DNA from: Enoplolaimus lenunculus
Taxonomy: Eukaryota
Direction: 5' to 3'
Assembly (NCBI GenBank): GCA_030248215.1
Contig: JASANG010001881.1
Span: forward strand, 434,001-498,000
DNA length: 64,000 nucleotides
Shown here: positions 26,937-40,300 of the stretch, one piece after another
How positions within the stretch are numbered: position 1 is the first letter of the stretch
Layout of the letters: the number at the start of each line of letters is the position of its first letter
Position numbers and translations under genes: made by a program
Notes under the pieces: model-generated
What the model was told of the DNA's origin: nothing
The model's database searches: none
The model's input: the letters and a program-made list of their open reading frames with translations, nothing else

Positions 26937-27890
26937 TTATTGAGCGAAGCGAAACTCCGAGCGAAGCTCGGAGTTTCGCGAAGCGTTTTATGTTTTGTAC
27001 TTGGGGGTCGATAGGTGGATGTCCGTCCGTCCGTCTGTCCGAAAAGAATCTCAGGAACGGCTGAACCGATTTTGATAAACTTTTTTGTTTCAAAGCCAAT
27101 TATCCTGGGGTGTTAACCTCGCGTTGGGGTTTTAAAATTGCAAGCCGTTTAGTAGCTACAGGCTAATTTGCATAATTAATTAAGCCTAAATTAGGACTTT
27201 CCATAATATTTCACTAATTATTACAGTTAGAAGCAATCGAATTTTAGCATTAAAGGGGTTTTGGGTGCGAGGAATCTGCGTACACTGTTTACAAACCTCC
27301 AAAACCGATGATTGAGCAGTTAGCTAATAGATAATTTGCATATTATTATAGGTTATAAGCCTAAATTAGGACTTTTTACAATATTTCACTAATTATTAAG
27401 GTTAAAAGCAATAAAATTTCAGCACTAAAGGGTTTTTAGGTGCATGGAATGTGAATAAATAGTTTACAAACATCCAAAACCGATAATTGAATAGTTAGCT
27501 AATACCTAATTTGCATATTAGCTTAATTAACAAGACAAAACTGTGACTTTTTAAATTATTTCAATAATTTTTAGGGTTCACTGAAGGTTTTTGGGTGCGA
27601 GGAATCTGAATAAATTGTTTACAAACCTCCAACACCGATAATTGAATAGTTAGCTAATAGTTAATTTGCATATTAGCTTAATTGACGAGACAAAATTAGG
27701 ACTTTTTAAATTATTCCAAAAATTATAGGATGGCTGAAGGGTTTTTGGGTGGTAGGAATCTGAAGAAATTGCTTACAAACCTCCAAAACCGATAAATGAA
27801 TAGTTAGCTAATAACTGATTTGCATATTACCTTAATTGCTTACGTGTGTTCGAGCTTCGCTCAATAAATGTAGTTCCACTACGACTGGTA
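26937..27890 (+). mobile_element. Helentron-associated non-autonomous element (HINE/DINE-1-like)
   Basis: Subterminal inverted repeats TTATTGAGCGAAGC (26937) and GCTTCGCTCAATAA (27854-27867); 5' hairpin; (GTCC/GTCT)n microsatellite ~27021-27040; about four ~150-180-bp central repeats; 3' stem-loop GTAGT-TCC-ACTAC. Confidence 0.7.
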
Positions 27891-30669
27891 TGATATATTG
27901 TCAGGGACACTATCTTTCTCTATTCCATAAAAGGTTGGCTCGATTTAGCGAATCTTTAGGTGCACATGGATCTACAGTGGCATTGGCATTAGTATCATTG
28001 TATAATTGGCATGGTTGATAACATTATTGTTATTATTATTATTATTATTGTCGTGGTTATTATTATTGTTGTATATTTTGTGTGCGTTTTCCCTTCTTTT
28101 TTGATCACACATTATAAGGGCCATTTTTTGGTTCGGCGTAAGAGTACGGACAAATATTAGAAATCGCATTCAGACCCAGGAAACCCCGACTAGAAAGTGC
28201 AAGACTGGATCGCATGTAGTTGAAAACACATGGCGGAGCAGATTGTCGAATCGTAATCGGTAATAAGGGTATCATATTAACAACACTAGCGTGGCTAATG
28301 TATTTAAAGAAAAGCTGTTGGAGTACGTACACTCAGTTGTGGCACCCGGGGTGTGCAGTCTCTGATACGTAGAAATTTCACCCAGCGTGAGGCCCTCTTA
28401 AATTGATGCTGTTCTATTCTATTATATCTGTCCTTTTTGTTAAGCTTGCTGTGTTGTCATGTTCATATGTACGTATATGTATTGGCTACTTTCCTTCTTT
28501 GTTTTTGGACAGCCACATAAGGCCTAAATTTTCGTCTAAGATCGGCTTGAACTTTTGTTCTGTTTATAGAAACTTGTGACACACCCCTGAATTACTATCG
28601 TCCTTTCTCACTCCTTTTCGACGTAATTTCGCCTCGGATTGTCGGAATATTTGACTAGAACGTTTTAATTGCACGCTGCACTGACTAGAGCGTGTTACCA
28701 GAGTGCTGACTAGATCCCTAACTACAGATAGCACTTTAAAATTTGACTAGATAACGACCGGACCAACAATTAAGAATTTAACAAAAGTACTAGTCTCCTA
28801 GCACTTCCTTTCTTAGCGTTTCCTCCTCTGAAGATTAAAATTTCAAAACCTCCCAGTTGAGATTTGCAAGGAAAACCTATACTTAATAAATGCAGCCATA
28901 ACAGGGGCGCCTCCCTGACAGGGACAAGGGAGCCCCGGAGACCCGTTGTACCTGCCCATCCGGATGGCCGAGAGGAGTCTCAAATTATGTGCGAGTCGAC
29001 TTGTTCAGGGGGTTTCCGAGTTAGCCTACTAGCTCCCCTAATGTGGCCCTTGGTGTACATAAGTATTAGTATTTAAAATCGCCTTATAATATAGTGTACA
29101 CTAGATAAGGTGTGTACACAAATAGTGAAATTTATGAGTTGAAGATTGCTGGACTACCTATAGCTGGAGGTAACGGGAGCGCGGGGACCCAGGTCCAGCG
29201 CAAGATGGTATTAGCCACCCTCACTTTAATTCCGGCCTCGATATGCTGCTTAAAGGGGCCTCTGCCATCAATCCGTTGCTTGAAAATCAAGTTCCCAGTA
29301 CCCGAGCCCCTAGACGTTTCGGACCGTACATCGGTTACAAGAATTCGCAGAAACTAAGATGAAAATTGCAGTCACGTGTAAATGGTAGAACCTCAGAGGA
29401 AAATGGAGAGAGTTGACGATAGGGAGCTCATCGACTAGGGTTAGGAAAACGGGAGATCGTCCGGCGTACGGAGCTAGGAAACCCACTCATACGAAAGCCG
29501 TCCTAAACATTTCGACCGGGCCCGAGTTGATTGTAAGGGAATCCGCACCTTTATTGCATGGATTCAGGGCGCCTACCCGCACAGTATACCCCTTTCAATG
29601 AGTCTCAAAATTTTAAAACGACTAGAATTTCTATTGCACTCGCTGAAAATGATTAATGTGTTTTGCAAAGCATGCGAAGCCCCGGTTTCAAAAATTTTCC
29701 ACTGATGGGTAGTTGCTCGCGTCGAGGGGTTTTGAGATACGAGTTAGTGGTCAGAATACAAAAGGGGAATGGGTTTCCCAGTTTTCACCACTAGATTTTC
29801 CTAAGGCAATCTTTGTTCCGGCCCCGCGACGAGATCAGAGTTTTACATAGACGTAGACTTGCACGGAGGCCACCCAACGGATACGTATCTGTGTCCCCGG
29901 TGCAGTAACCGCAGCCTGTAGTATATTTAACGTTTACACACAATCTTACCGTCCAGCCAGAAACTGCGCTTTGAAGGGGGAGCCGCACGCTGTTTGCATA
30001 AGGAGCGGCGATATTTATCAGAGAGGGTAAGGGTGTGTTGTGCACCATAAGGGAAAAAGAAAGAAACTGTCTATAACGACAGTTGAGGGTTTTGAAATTT
30101 TATAAATTTTGAATTTTAAGTTAAGCAACGCCTCGCCTCAGCCTAAGGGGGGTAGTTAGTTTAGGATTGGGGGGTAGTTTTGTTTTTGTGTTCAGGGTAC
30201 GCCAAGGGGATAGGTGAAATTATGTTTTGCGCAGGCGCAACAGTATTTCTAGGAGGTAATCAAGTGGAGCGATGGCCGTCTGTCTCTTAGGACAACCGGA
30301 TTTTAGGATTCGAGGTCCGTTGTTTTATAATTTCAGGTGCGGAGCTGGCGCTCTTGGGTTCGGCACACCGGGTTGGCCGAGTAAGCCGTCCCGGCTGCCG
30401 TTTTAGGTCAGAAACCAGGATCTCGTGAAAATTTTGAATTTCTTGACACTTAAACTTTGAAATTTCTTTTCATTTTTAGGCTTCCTGGGGTTCTATATTT
30501 AGTATCTGTTGTCTTGGCCTTCTGTTTTGGCCGAGAAAGCCACTCCGAACCTGCGCAGTGAATCGTACGCTTGAAATTAGCGGGAATGTAGGTTATGAGT
30601 ATTGGTCGCGAGTTGGGTTTTTAGGAAATTTTGACTGCTATTTTACGGAATATAGCACGTAGGCTGACA

Positions 30670-31790
30670 TTAGGCAATTTCCCTGCATCGTGCCGACTAA
30701 GAAAATCACCCCAATTATAGCCCGCGATGCGGTAGTCAAAAGTTATAGACATTTTTAAACTTCGAGATTTTGCGCGTGTGCGTCCAGAGGCCCGGCTCCG
30801 AAAAATGCAATTTTCACTTTTCCGGAATCGGATGCTAAAATTAGTACCATTCGACTCAGCTCGCTGAGCTGATTAAGAAAATCACCCCGAACCTTATCCG
30901 GAAACCAATAGTTCGAAAGTTATGGGCTCCTGAAGTTTTCGGGATTCAACGTGTACACGCTTTACGGATCCCGGGTCCAAAAATGCAATTTTCACTTTTC
31001 CGGGATCGGGTGCTAAATTTGGTATCAATCGATTCAGCTCGTCGAGCTGGTTAAGAAAACCACCCCAAACCCTGTACGCAAACCAGTACTTAAGGAGTTA
31101 TGGTCAATCAAAGATTTCAAAGATTTTGTGTATGTACACTTTTACGGATCGGATCCTGAAAAACGCGATTTCCACTTTTTCACGATCCACCTTAAATATG
31201 GGTACCGTTCGATTCCGCGCATCGCGCTGAGTAAGAAAACCACCCCAAACAGGTCTCGCAAATCAAAACTTAAAAAGTTACGATCATTTGAAAATCTTTT
31301 ATAATTTACGTGTACACACAAATTACGGATCCGGTCCTGAAAACGCGATTTCAACTTTTTCGAGCTATTGGGTTAAAATAGGTATCATTCGATTCGGCTT
31401 GCTGAGTAGAGCAAGAAAACTACCCCGAAAAGGTTCGCAAACGAATATTTCAAAAGTTAGGGTCCGTTGAAAATTCTGAAAATTTGCGTGTATATGCTTT
31501 ACGGAGCGAACCTCAAGAGCGCGATTTTCACTTTTACAGGACCCAACGTTAAAAATGGCACCGTTCGATTTCTCTCGTCTTTCTGGTTCAGAAAAACCCC
31601 CCTAACAATGTCCGCAAGTGAATACTTAAGAAATTATAATCAACTGAAGGCTTGGGACTTTTGGTATTTTAGGCGTGCGATTTTCACTTTTCTGAACTAT
31701 AGCATTAAGTTGGGTGTTGTTTTGAACTAGTTCATTGTTCTGGTTAGCAGCATCACATCGAGTAGGGCTCGCTGATATATATTTAGGAGA
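30670..31790. repeat. ~180-bp diverged tandem repeat (about 6 units) inside LTR U3; copy at ~47880-49000
   Basis: Recurring ATTTTCACTTTT...TTCGATTC...AAGAAAA(C/T)CACCCC blocks near 30810, 30990, 31170, 31350, 31525 and 31680. Confidence 0.8.
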
Positions 31791-32564
31791 TTATGGCTCG
31801 TCAGGTTTTGCAAACCCGCACGTGTATACTCTGCGGAGGCATGCCAAATAAGTGAAATCACTAGTTTTCTGGGTTCCTAAATTCAAGATCGTTACCCTCC
31901 AACTGAACTAGTCTGGCTGGTCAAAAGGACCACCCGGTGGGGTCCCTTGCTGATGACTATTTAACGAGTTGCCGCTGGTCAAGACCACCATTCTCATATA
32001 CTTACGCCGTCCCAGCACTGAGTATCAACTTAAGGGTTAGAATTTGACCCGTGGGGGGGGAACGTGTGTAAGCCAGTTCATTGCGTAGGTTGTGGCTTCC
32101 ATGAAAAGGTCAATTAGAACAGTACGCTTGTGGAAATCTAGGCTTTGAGTCCTCTACAAAATCTTAGGCATACTTGTTCTCATTTTATTCTTTAATTTTG
32201 TGCATTCTCTGTTTGTGCGTATATATGATCTGTTTTTATTGTTGTTTTGTGCTTTCGGTTTTTTTTGGACATTGCACCCCTTCCATATGCTCTACCTTCC
32301 CGCAGTGCAGAGTCTACCCTTTTTCAAATGCTTGTATAGTAATTGGACTCTGTAGAGCGAGTACATAAGATAAAAAAAGGGGAAGCCCCCATAACTAAAG
32401 CTGCACGTGGTGGTCATGTTTTAAAGGGGGTATGAGTGAATCTCGTCAAAGTTTTTTTTTTTGTCCCTGTACCATGTTGCATCTCTGTGTCCTGACTCCT
32501 TCCAGGGGTGACTAGGATTAGTCCCCATAACTTCCCGTTCAGAAATTACACGTTAAATCTTCAG

Positions 32565-32742
32565 CCAATCACAGGCTTTTAAGAGTTAATTCTGTTCTCG
32601 TTTTCGTATTGGTTAGTTATATCTCGGAGAGTCTCAGCCAATGAAAGGGAAGTACAGCGTCTGTTTCTGGGGCGCGCTGATTGGTCGAAATTTGAGCTCC
32701 GCGCACATATATAAGAGCGCTGCACAGGCTGAACATTCAGTT
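32565..32742 (+). promoter_or_regulatory. LTR Pol II promoter: four CCAAT boxes, TATA box and initiator (predicted TSS ~32739)
   Basis: CCAAT/ATTGG at 32565, 32608, 32638 and 32680; TATATAAG at 32708; TCAGTT Inr with its A 31 nt downstream of the TATA start. The same layout is in the 3' LTR (TATA at 49917). Confidence 0.7.
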
Positions 32743-33946
32743 CAGTTTCATATTTTTCGGTTTTCGCTCGCGTGCTCGAGCCGCGACAGCAAACCGATCT
32801 CCCTGCACACGGAGGCGACTTAGTGTGCACGGGAGTTTCGGGGCGCTGAAGCAAGCAAGGGGGGGGTATGTGCGTTGCGCACGGGGGTCAAAATTTTAAG
32901 AGGGGGCCCAGTTAGGATTTTCAGTTTTCACAAAGGGGGTGTGGGTAAAATTTTGGGCTAAAATTTGCCTGACGTTGGCGACAACGCAGGTACGAAAGTT
33001 TTTGTATAAACCTTGGGGTGGGGGAAAACTCAAAATCAGAAAACCTGCAAGGAGGCGCCATTTGTGCGACAATTCTAAAGAAAATTAGGCACAATTTAGA
33101 TTGACAAATACGTTCGCAGGATTGATTGTCAGTGCGGTAGGGAGGCCAATTCAGCCTAATGCTAAGCATTTAGGATATGGCAACTAAAAGAGCTGAGGCC
33201 TACCGTCTAGAAAATTTCAATATACCCTGTGATTTGAGACGATTCTAGCCAGGCCCCAATGATCTAAGCTTGTGGCAAGGCCCGTCCAGTTGACAATCAA
33301 ACTGCTGAATGTACAGCCTGTGAAAATTTAAGCTTAAGGCTATGGAGCCGAGCTACACTCGGAAACAGACACGGCATAAGAGAGTAAACCTATAGAAAAC
33401 TTTTCTACAAAAACCTAATAAGTTTAAGTCTCGTGGTCTAATGTGAAACTATTTAGGCCCCGGTGCCCTTGTCTAGATCTCGCGGTTTTGACACGTGCAG
33501 CTTTTCAGAAAGGATTTAAAACAATCAGCAGTGAGCCCGACACAACAGCAAGTACAAGGGGAGCAAGGCATAAGGCGTATACTTTCGCATGTAGACTCGC
33601 CTATCGGTATACATAGGGATACATGCGGATAAGTAGCTGCGTTTCGGGCTCACTGTCCTAGGATATAACCTATTCTGCCGGGCAACACCAAAGACTCTTA
33701 AGGACATAGCTGTCGGTAAGACGAGCAATTAAGGCCTAGTTAATGCACGAGCCGTAGAGTAGAATAGTTGTGGTGAATTCTCAAATCAACAATTTTTCTT
33801 CTAGCGAATTACTATTTAACATTTTGAGTAGTCAGTAGATTGCTACCAAAATTCACTGCAATCGACGTAAATTTCATCGGTGCAATTCTATCACATAAGG
33901 TATACATTAAAAAGTGTCTGCGCTGTACATAGCTGTACAAACTCAT

Positions 33947-33952
33947 AATAAA
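33947..33952 (+). terminator. Candidate LTR polyadenylation signal (R/U5 boundary near 33970)
   Basis: AATAAA downstream of the predicted TSS, present in both LTRs; assignment is positional only. Confidence 0.35.
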
Positions 33953-34591
33953 CCAAAACTTTAACTCGAGTTCAGTCCTGAACCTTGAGCGCTCAGTTGA
34001 TTCCTGGCCTAAAGGCCATGGCTAAAATTTAGATAAAACTTAGAATTAAAAGAGGCTCAAACTTTTGCGTGAACGTGAAAAATTCCTGACCATCAGAGTC
34101 TCGACAAATGAATAACAGCCCTGGTTCGAATCAGTGGCAAGTCAAATCAATGAAAAAACCTCAAAGGCTAGGATCGATCCGCCTTTCTGTCAAAACGGTC
34201 TATGACCAGGTAAAGCAAAACCCGGTTGAACCAACCAATTTCTAGGACTAAGACTAAGGTTAAGCCATACCCATGACCGAGTATCAATAAGTTTAACCAT
34301 GAGAAAATGTTGAGGGCACACAGTTGTACTAAAATCCACGGAGAAAAAGCTAACTGTTACTGGTGCGGCCCACTTACACGCACTCGGGGTTCACTAGAGC
34401 TTAGAGCATAGGCAGGCTTAGGCGTATGACGATGTCGGGATTTTGTGACTCTCAAAACCTGATATCACGCCGGGGGACCGTCATCCTCTAGGCAAGTAGC
34501 TTACTTTGGCAGATCCACGGCCACGAACACCCGTGAGAGTATCATCTCGGATTCGTCCGCAGGGATACTCGTTGATCGTACCCGTAACACT

Positions 34592-34605
34592 TGGGGGCTA
34601 CTCCG
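34592..34605 (+). promoter_or_regulatory. Primer binding site, tRNA-Pro-like
   Basis: TGGGGGCTACTCCG lies 2 nt after the LTR end; it matches the classical tRNA-Pro PBS TGGGGGCTCGTCCG at 12 of 14 positions. Confidence 0.7.
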
Positions 34606-37359
34606 TGGAGAGAATTTTCTGTTTTCTGTTGTTCCTTAATTGAATTTCTTAAATTAACTTGCCTTACAGGCAATCTTTAAACTGTTAAATTGCTCGACCA
34701 ATTTTGACAAGTAGCCAAACCTAGACCATTTCCCCCACCTTATTGATTCAACTGTGTGCCTGCAACTATTCCTCAGAAAGTTTTGGTTTATAAGTATTAA
34801 TTTAATTAAGCTGTTTAAGTTTGGGGACCTCTCGCACAGGACTAGGCAAAACTCCGAGAGGTCTGCATTTCGCACACCTACTCTATATACTGGTGTTTTA
34901 AAATTCTGTTTTCGCAATTCTAAAACTAGCTGCTTCAGGTTTAGGCAAAATTCAAGCAGCTATGGCTTTCGCCCACCAAACTTAAGCTATATTAATCGAT
35001 TGTTGCAACTATACTAAGCAGGCTGCCCTCCTTAAATAAACTCTGGGCAGCCTATAATTACTCTGAATGGAATCGTACGTACTATTGTTTTAACCTTGCT
35101 ATGTACATATAGTGAACTTGTTGGGAGTTTGTTGAGCGTCCACTAACGAGTCCCTCCAAGGTTTTTAGCCCAAAATTCACAAATTCTGTGGCACAACGTA
35201 AAATTTCCATTGTGCTATCTAAGCTTTGTTCACCACCCTCAACCGGACGCCATTTGCTCGAATTGAGCACATGGTCCAAAGCTTGACAAGCTCCCAACAT
35301 CTTATGTAAGGCGCCTTACCCTCCCTTAGACCGGTTTCTTTTTCAATTACCGGGAAAATTTTCTTGAGCAAAACAATTACTCACACTATTTCGAAACCCG
35401 ACCTTCGATGGAAGGGATGCACAAGAACACTTACATAACCCGGGGAACAGTTGCGGTCGACTGCGGTTTCACGGCTATCTCACAATCAACTTGAGACTAA
35501 GATTACACATATTACAGCGTGCACCTTTCGACTGGGTGTATCGACAACATGCTAAAACCACACCTTTAGCCCAGAATAAAAGTAACAGCTCTAGCAAAAG
35601 TGTATAACCCCTTTGAAGCTATACCTTTTTGCCAATAACGAAAATCCTGCTTTTGGAAAACCCGCCCACATGGCACATTGTGCCTTCTCCCCAACGGATT
35701 TACGGGAAAATATGTGCACCACATTAGATAATTTTAATGCCTCCGTAGGGCTTAATACGTTTAGTCCGAAAAAGACTTCAAACTTCATCTAATAAGCGTG
35801 TTGCACATTTCCCGAATTTCCTAATTGAAATGAGTGCTCAGAGTTGGTAGCCCTTGTCAAATAGGCAACTAAAGCTGTTAAATACTGCAATTTTGCGGAG
35901 TCCCATTTAGTTCCTTTGAAATTTATGGGAAGTGGTAACTCACACCCCGCGCCAGAACCTACTGTTGTCCAACCCCAGTTACCCTAACTGGTCGGAACAG
36001 ATAGAATCAAGTCTGAGCACTCAAGCCAACGCGCAAAATGAATGCGGCGCCCATTCAATACGTACCTGAACAAAAATCTTAAAGCATATGAACATGTTTG
36101 ACGAGAGGAACTTGGAGGATTAGCTCTCTCTCCCAAATTACTTTGAATAGTCATTAAATTGAACCACTTTCGCAAGTCCAATTCACACCCCCAAGTTCCT
36201 CTCATGTTAGAGTATGCGCCACTAAAATTAAAAAAAAAAAAAAAAAGGAGATCGGATGCTGGGCCCAATTGTCCAAGCCACATCCGACACTACTAAATTT
36301 TATCCACAAACATGTACACTGCCGCCAAGGAAACTAAAATTCCCAACGAGAATTACTACCTACCCCGGAACACAAGTGTACCCATAATACAACCTGCCAG
36401 GAATTTAGCCTTAAAATCATAAAATGCAAGCGCATTAAGCTATAAATAAAAATTCAGTCCCTAGCGAATGTGCAGGTTGAACGCTCCCAATTTCAATCAA
36501 GGAGCTAAAATCAGATACTCCTGTCAGCTAATGTTAATTTAATTACAAATCCGTACCCTACGACAGGAAAGGAGTACTTGTGTAGTGCGCAGACACCGGA
36601 ACTAACATCGGTGGACGTTTACTTACCAGGTTTGCAGAACAAATCACCCCAAACTGTTATAATACTACACCTTGCCCCTACCCAACTCACCTCAGGATTC
36701 TGGTACGCGGTGAACCAAACCCTGGCAGCCCATAACGCTGTGTTCGACGCCACTTCGCAACCGGGCGGGATTTGATCACTCCCAACGGGTTTCGAGGGAA
36801 TGTACCTCCTTAAGGTCGGCCAGCCTATCGGGGGAAATTCAGGCTAAGAACCATGGTTGTGAAGGGGATGCCCGGTTTCCTGTAACCGGGTACCTTGCTA
36901 CAAATCACGTTGTGCGTTAAATTTGGAATAGTATACTCAATCATTTACCTCTGGGTACCCCACCACCCACAGTGCCCAAACCCCATTCGTAGTTGCCCAA
37001 AATTTAGGACACCGTGTATGCAAGTAAATAGTGTAGACCGCCTGCATGAAACACAACAAACATGTACCCCCTGCCTAGCAATACTCAGGAGTCCGTAAGC
37101 AAACAGAGAAAAATGGATGGAATAAAAGCCCGAGGGACGTATAGAACTTAAAACTAATATTGTTTTGCTGTCTTCAAATTACGGGTGACATATCTAATTT
37201 CTGAGCTTACGGAATCCTGGTACGTATCCCTAAAACCAGGTGAAACAAGCCCATAATTGTCGTGAGGGTGTTACCGCACTCAAACGCAAAATCTCGAGAC
37301 TTGACTTAACCGGCGACAACCAACTGAACTGAACTCACGCGGAAACCTGGAATTCTCCA

Positions 37360-40300
37360 AGAATGTTTGTATTTCCGGTGTAAAAAACGCGTAATTTACA
37401 GGCGGAGATCTGTATTGTTGGAGAGGACAGAGTGGAAACGTTTAAAATCAACAAGAGGGCGTCAGGTTTTTCAAATCCCAACTTACCACCAGTTGGACAA
37501 TCTACCCTCCATCCCCAGGGCCAAGTCGCTAGGCCCTGGATGTACAAAATCTGACCCCCTCTTTTCCACAACTCCAATTAACTGGGTGAAGGAATGTGAC
37601 CACGGGAAAGGAGCATCCACGGGTCACCGCACAGTTAATTCGGCCCCTATCGGAGATTCTAGCCAGTCTCGACTCGTGAAGTTAGGGGAATTTATCGAGC
37701 GAGAGGCAGAATTCCGAGGCCACACCACCCCATAAATTTTACGCAGCGTTTTTCAAAATCGGTGTGGTTTAGGGTAAAATTTTCTTTAATTTGAATTTGA
37801 AGTATTGAATAGTTGGACGAGTTTGATCGTTTAATTATTGACGGCACAGACGAGGAGGGGCAGGACGACCAAAATTGTCATTGACACCACTTTTCAGTAA
37901 ACGGTATGGGACACTTTTCAATGGGATACATAATTCTAAGGTGGTATTAGAATTACCCACAGGTATGTTGTTCCCTTCCCATCTGCACGCCCTTGGGCTC
38001 GAGCTAAGGGAATCACACACATGATAAGCCGAACAAATTACTTTCAAGGCAAATTCAGTCCTGTCAACCCGAGAGTGACCGTAAAAATTTTCTTGAAGAC
38101 CAAGCTCAACACGTTCAGTGGTTGCGCGCTCTGAGGGTTTCGATTACCAATCTGAAATTCCTAGCAACCACCCGGACAGATTGACACCGGTAGAGTCGTA
38201 TTATTTGTGTTGTTATGAAGTTTGAATTTGCTGTACCGGAGAACGCCGGACGTAGGAAACGTGCCGAGTTAGTAGGGGTCAGCCCAGTTGGTCCATTGGG
38301 GCACGAGATAACGCACCCTCAGTCGGTAGGGGTGGGCAGCTCCGTGTTACCCATGGGGAACTGTGATTTTATTGATTTGATGAATTGAATGAAAAATTTG
38401 ACTTTTAAATTCCCCACGGGCATAAAAACCCAAATTTAAACTCTCAATCAAAAGAGTTGAGGATAAGTGTCCGACTAAAATCAAAATTTTATAAGGCTTT
38501 CAAAATGTCGGCACAGAACCAACATTAAGCTCTACCTAGAGCTATCTCTGCGATTTCATTGACATACCATTCCCCCACTTAAACGATTCAAATTAGTCCT
38601 CGAGGACTTGAATCCAGTTGTGTGGCCTAAACCTCCCGTCAGGACTAAAATCAAAGAAGCGCCACTCGACAACCAATCTCTTACCGAATAAATTACTGAT
38701 ACAATGCGAACACATTTGTTGAATTTAGGAATACGAAAATCACTTTGGAACATCGGTTGGAATTGGATATTAATTTGAGCATTGAGACAATACCCGAAAT
38801 TTGTTGCCTGGACATGGAAGCTTTTCGACATGAATATGACTACGGATGTAACTTTTGACCAATTAGAGCACTCCAAAAATAAGGACAGTTTTAGTTGTGA
38901 ATTCAGTGAATTATATGCGCCCACCTTTACCCATTTCGGATTATAGCTAACGATACTGTACTCCCCGCCATGTTGAGATTTAGATGACTTTTACAAGTTT
39001 TTCCCCGTTGTCTCGTCGCACTGAGCATTATACCCTTTGTACAGGGTATCTTGCAAATTCTTAGTAGATTCCCCTCACACCGTTTTGTGGAATAGGTCTA
39101 ACACCCGCGCCCTGTGTAATTAAACCTAATGTAACGACCTTACGCCCTGTATACATAGACCTTACGCGATGATTATTTCGAAGTTTACCCCTGCTCTACC
39201 CTGCCAATTGTTGACAGGATTTTCCCGGCACTGTACGAAGATGCCTGGGCCCAATGTAGATAAGCCCCAACCCAGTTATGTAGAAACTTTGAAGCGAAGC
39301 GTTATTCAACTGTATCATAGCAATCCCTAATTGTACCATAGCCAATTGTACATATTGAAGAACGGCATTGGTCCTTTCCCAGCATTTTGGCATGTTAGGC
39401 CCTCTTAAAAATAGAAAATACAAAAAATATAATAATAAAATCCAATAAAAAACAAACAAAAAAGGAAATTACGCCAGTAATGATCGTTTGTAACTGCTCC
39501 CGCGGTCGAGTTCCCCGCTCACCAGAGGTGGAAAAGATCCAGAAATCTCAGCTGTATCACACTAAGTAAATAAAATTAGAACCAACGTTAGATTTTGCCT
39601 GCCATCTTTTTTGAGACGCGTGATCGTCTGTATTTTGAACAAAGAACAAAATAAAAATAAATAGAAAATTTATAAAAAAAAACAAAACAAAGAAAAATAA
39701 AAATTCTACGTGTAACTAATAATTACTTTCGAACGCCACCTTTCACAGCCCTAAAAGCACATCGTATACGCATTATAGCCCTGTCGGTCACTGACTTCCG
39801 GCCTTCCTAATATAGGCACAGCACACACTTACCAGGATTAAGACACAAATCGTGCTAACCCCTTGTAGCGAACACCGCAACTAAGGAGCTTTGAACACTA
39901 AAGCTCCTGTAACGACCACTTTAGGACACCGCACCGATCTGAACAATTTTCTCCAGTCAGTCTTAAGGCCCCTAATCGAACGATTGCCGATCTGTAGCCG
40001 GTAATAAACCGACTAATTTCAAATACCGAACTTACTAAAGTAAAATAGAATGGCAAGTAAAACTCCCAGCGCCCCCACATTTTTGGATTTCAATCCAATT
40101 TAGGATTCTGCTGAAGTGTCAGGAACCAAGCGACCCATAATGATTGAACAACCCTCTTCGTTGCCCTCGACCATAAGGATTGCCTCTTCCCCCTTCTCCC
40201 GATCAAAGTATTGGTAAATCTCTAAAAACGCCTTACAGTTCTCTGTTGCACTGTATCCGTGTTAACATGTGTACAGTGTTATTTTGGGTATAACACTTGT

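Larger units (their letters stand above)
27899..34589 (+). repeat. 5' LTR (6691 bp)
   Basis: TG...CA ends with imperfect terminal inverted repeat; near-identical to 45113-51797 (the ORF track repeats almost identically with a ~17.2 kb offset). Confidence 0.95.

Noticed and set aside
27972..33728. Short ORFs inside the LTRs as genes
   Set aside because: All are under ~95 aa with no recognisable motifs; their recurrence only reflects LTR duplication.
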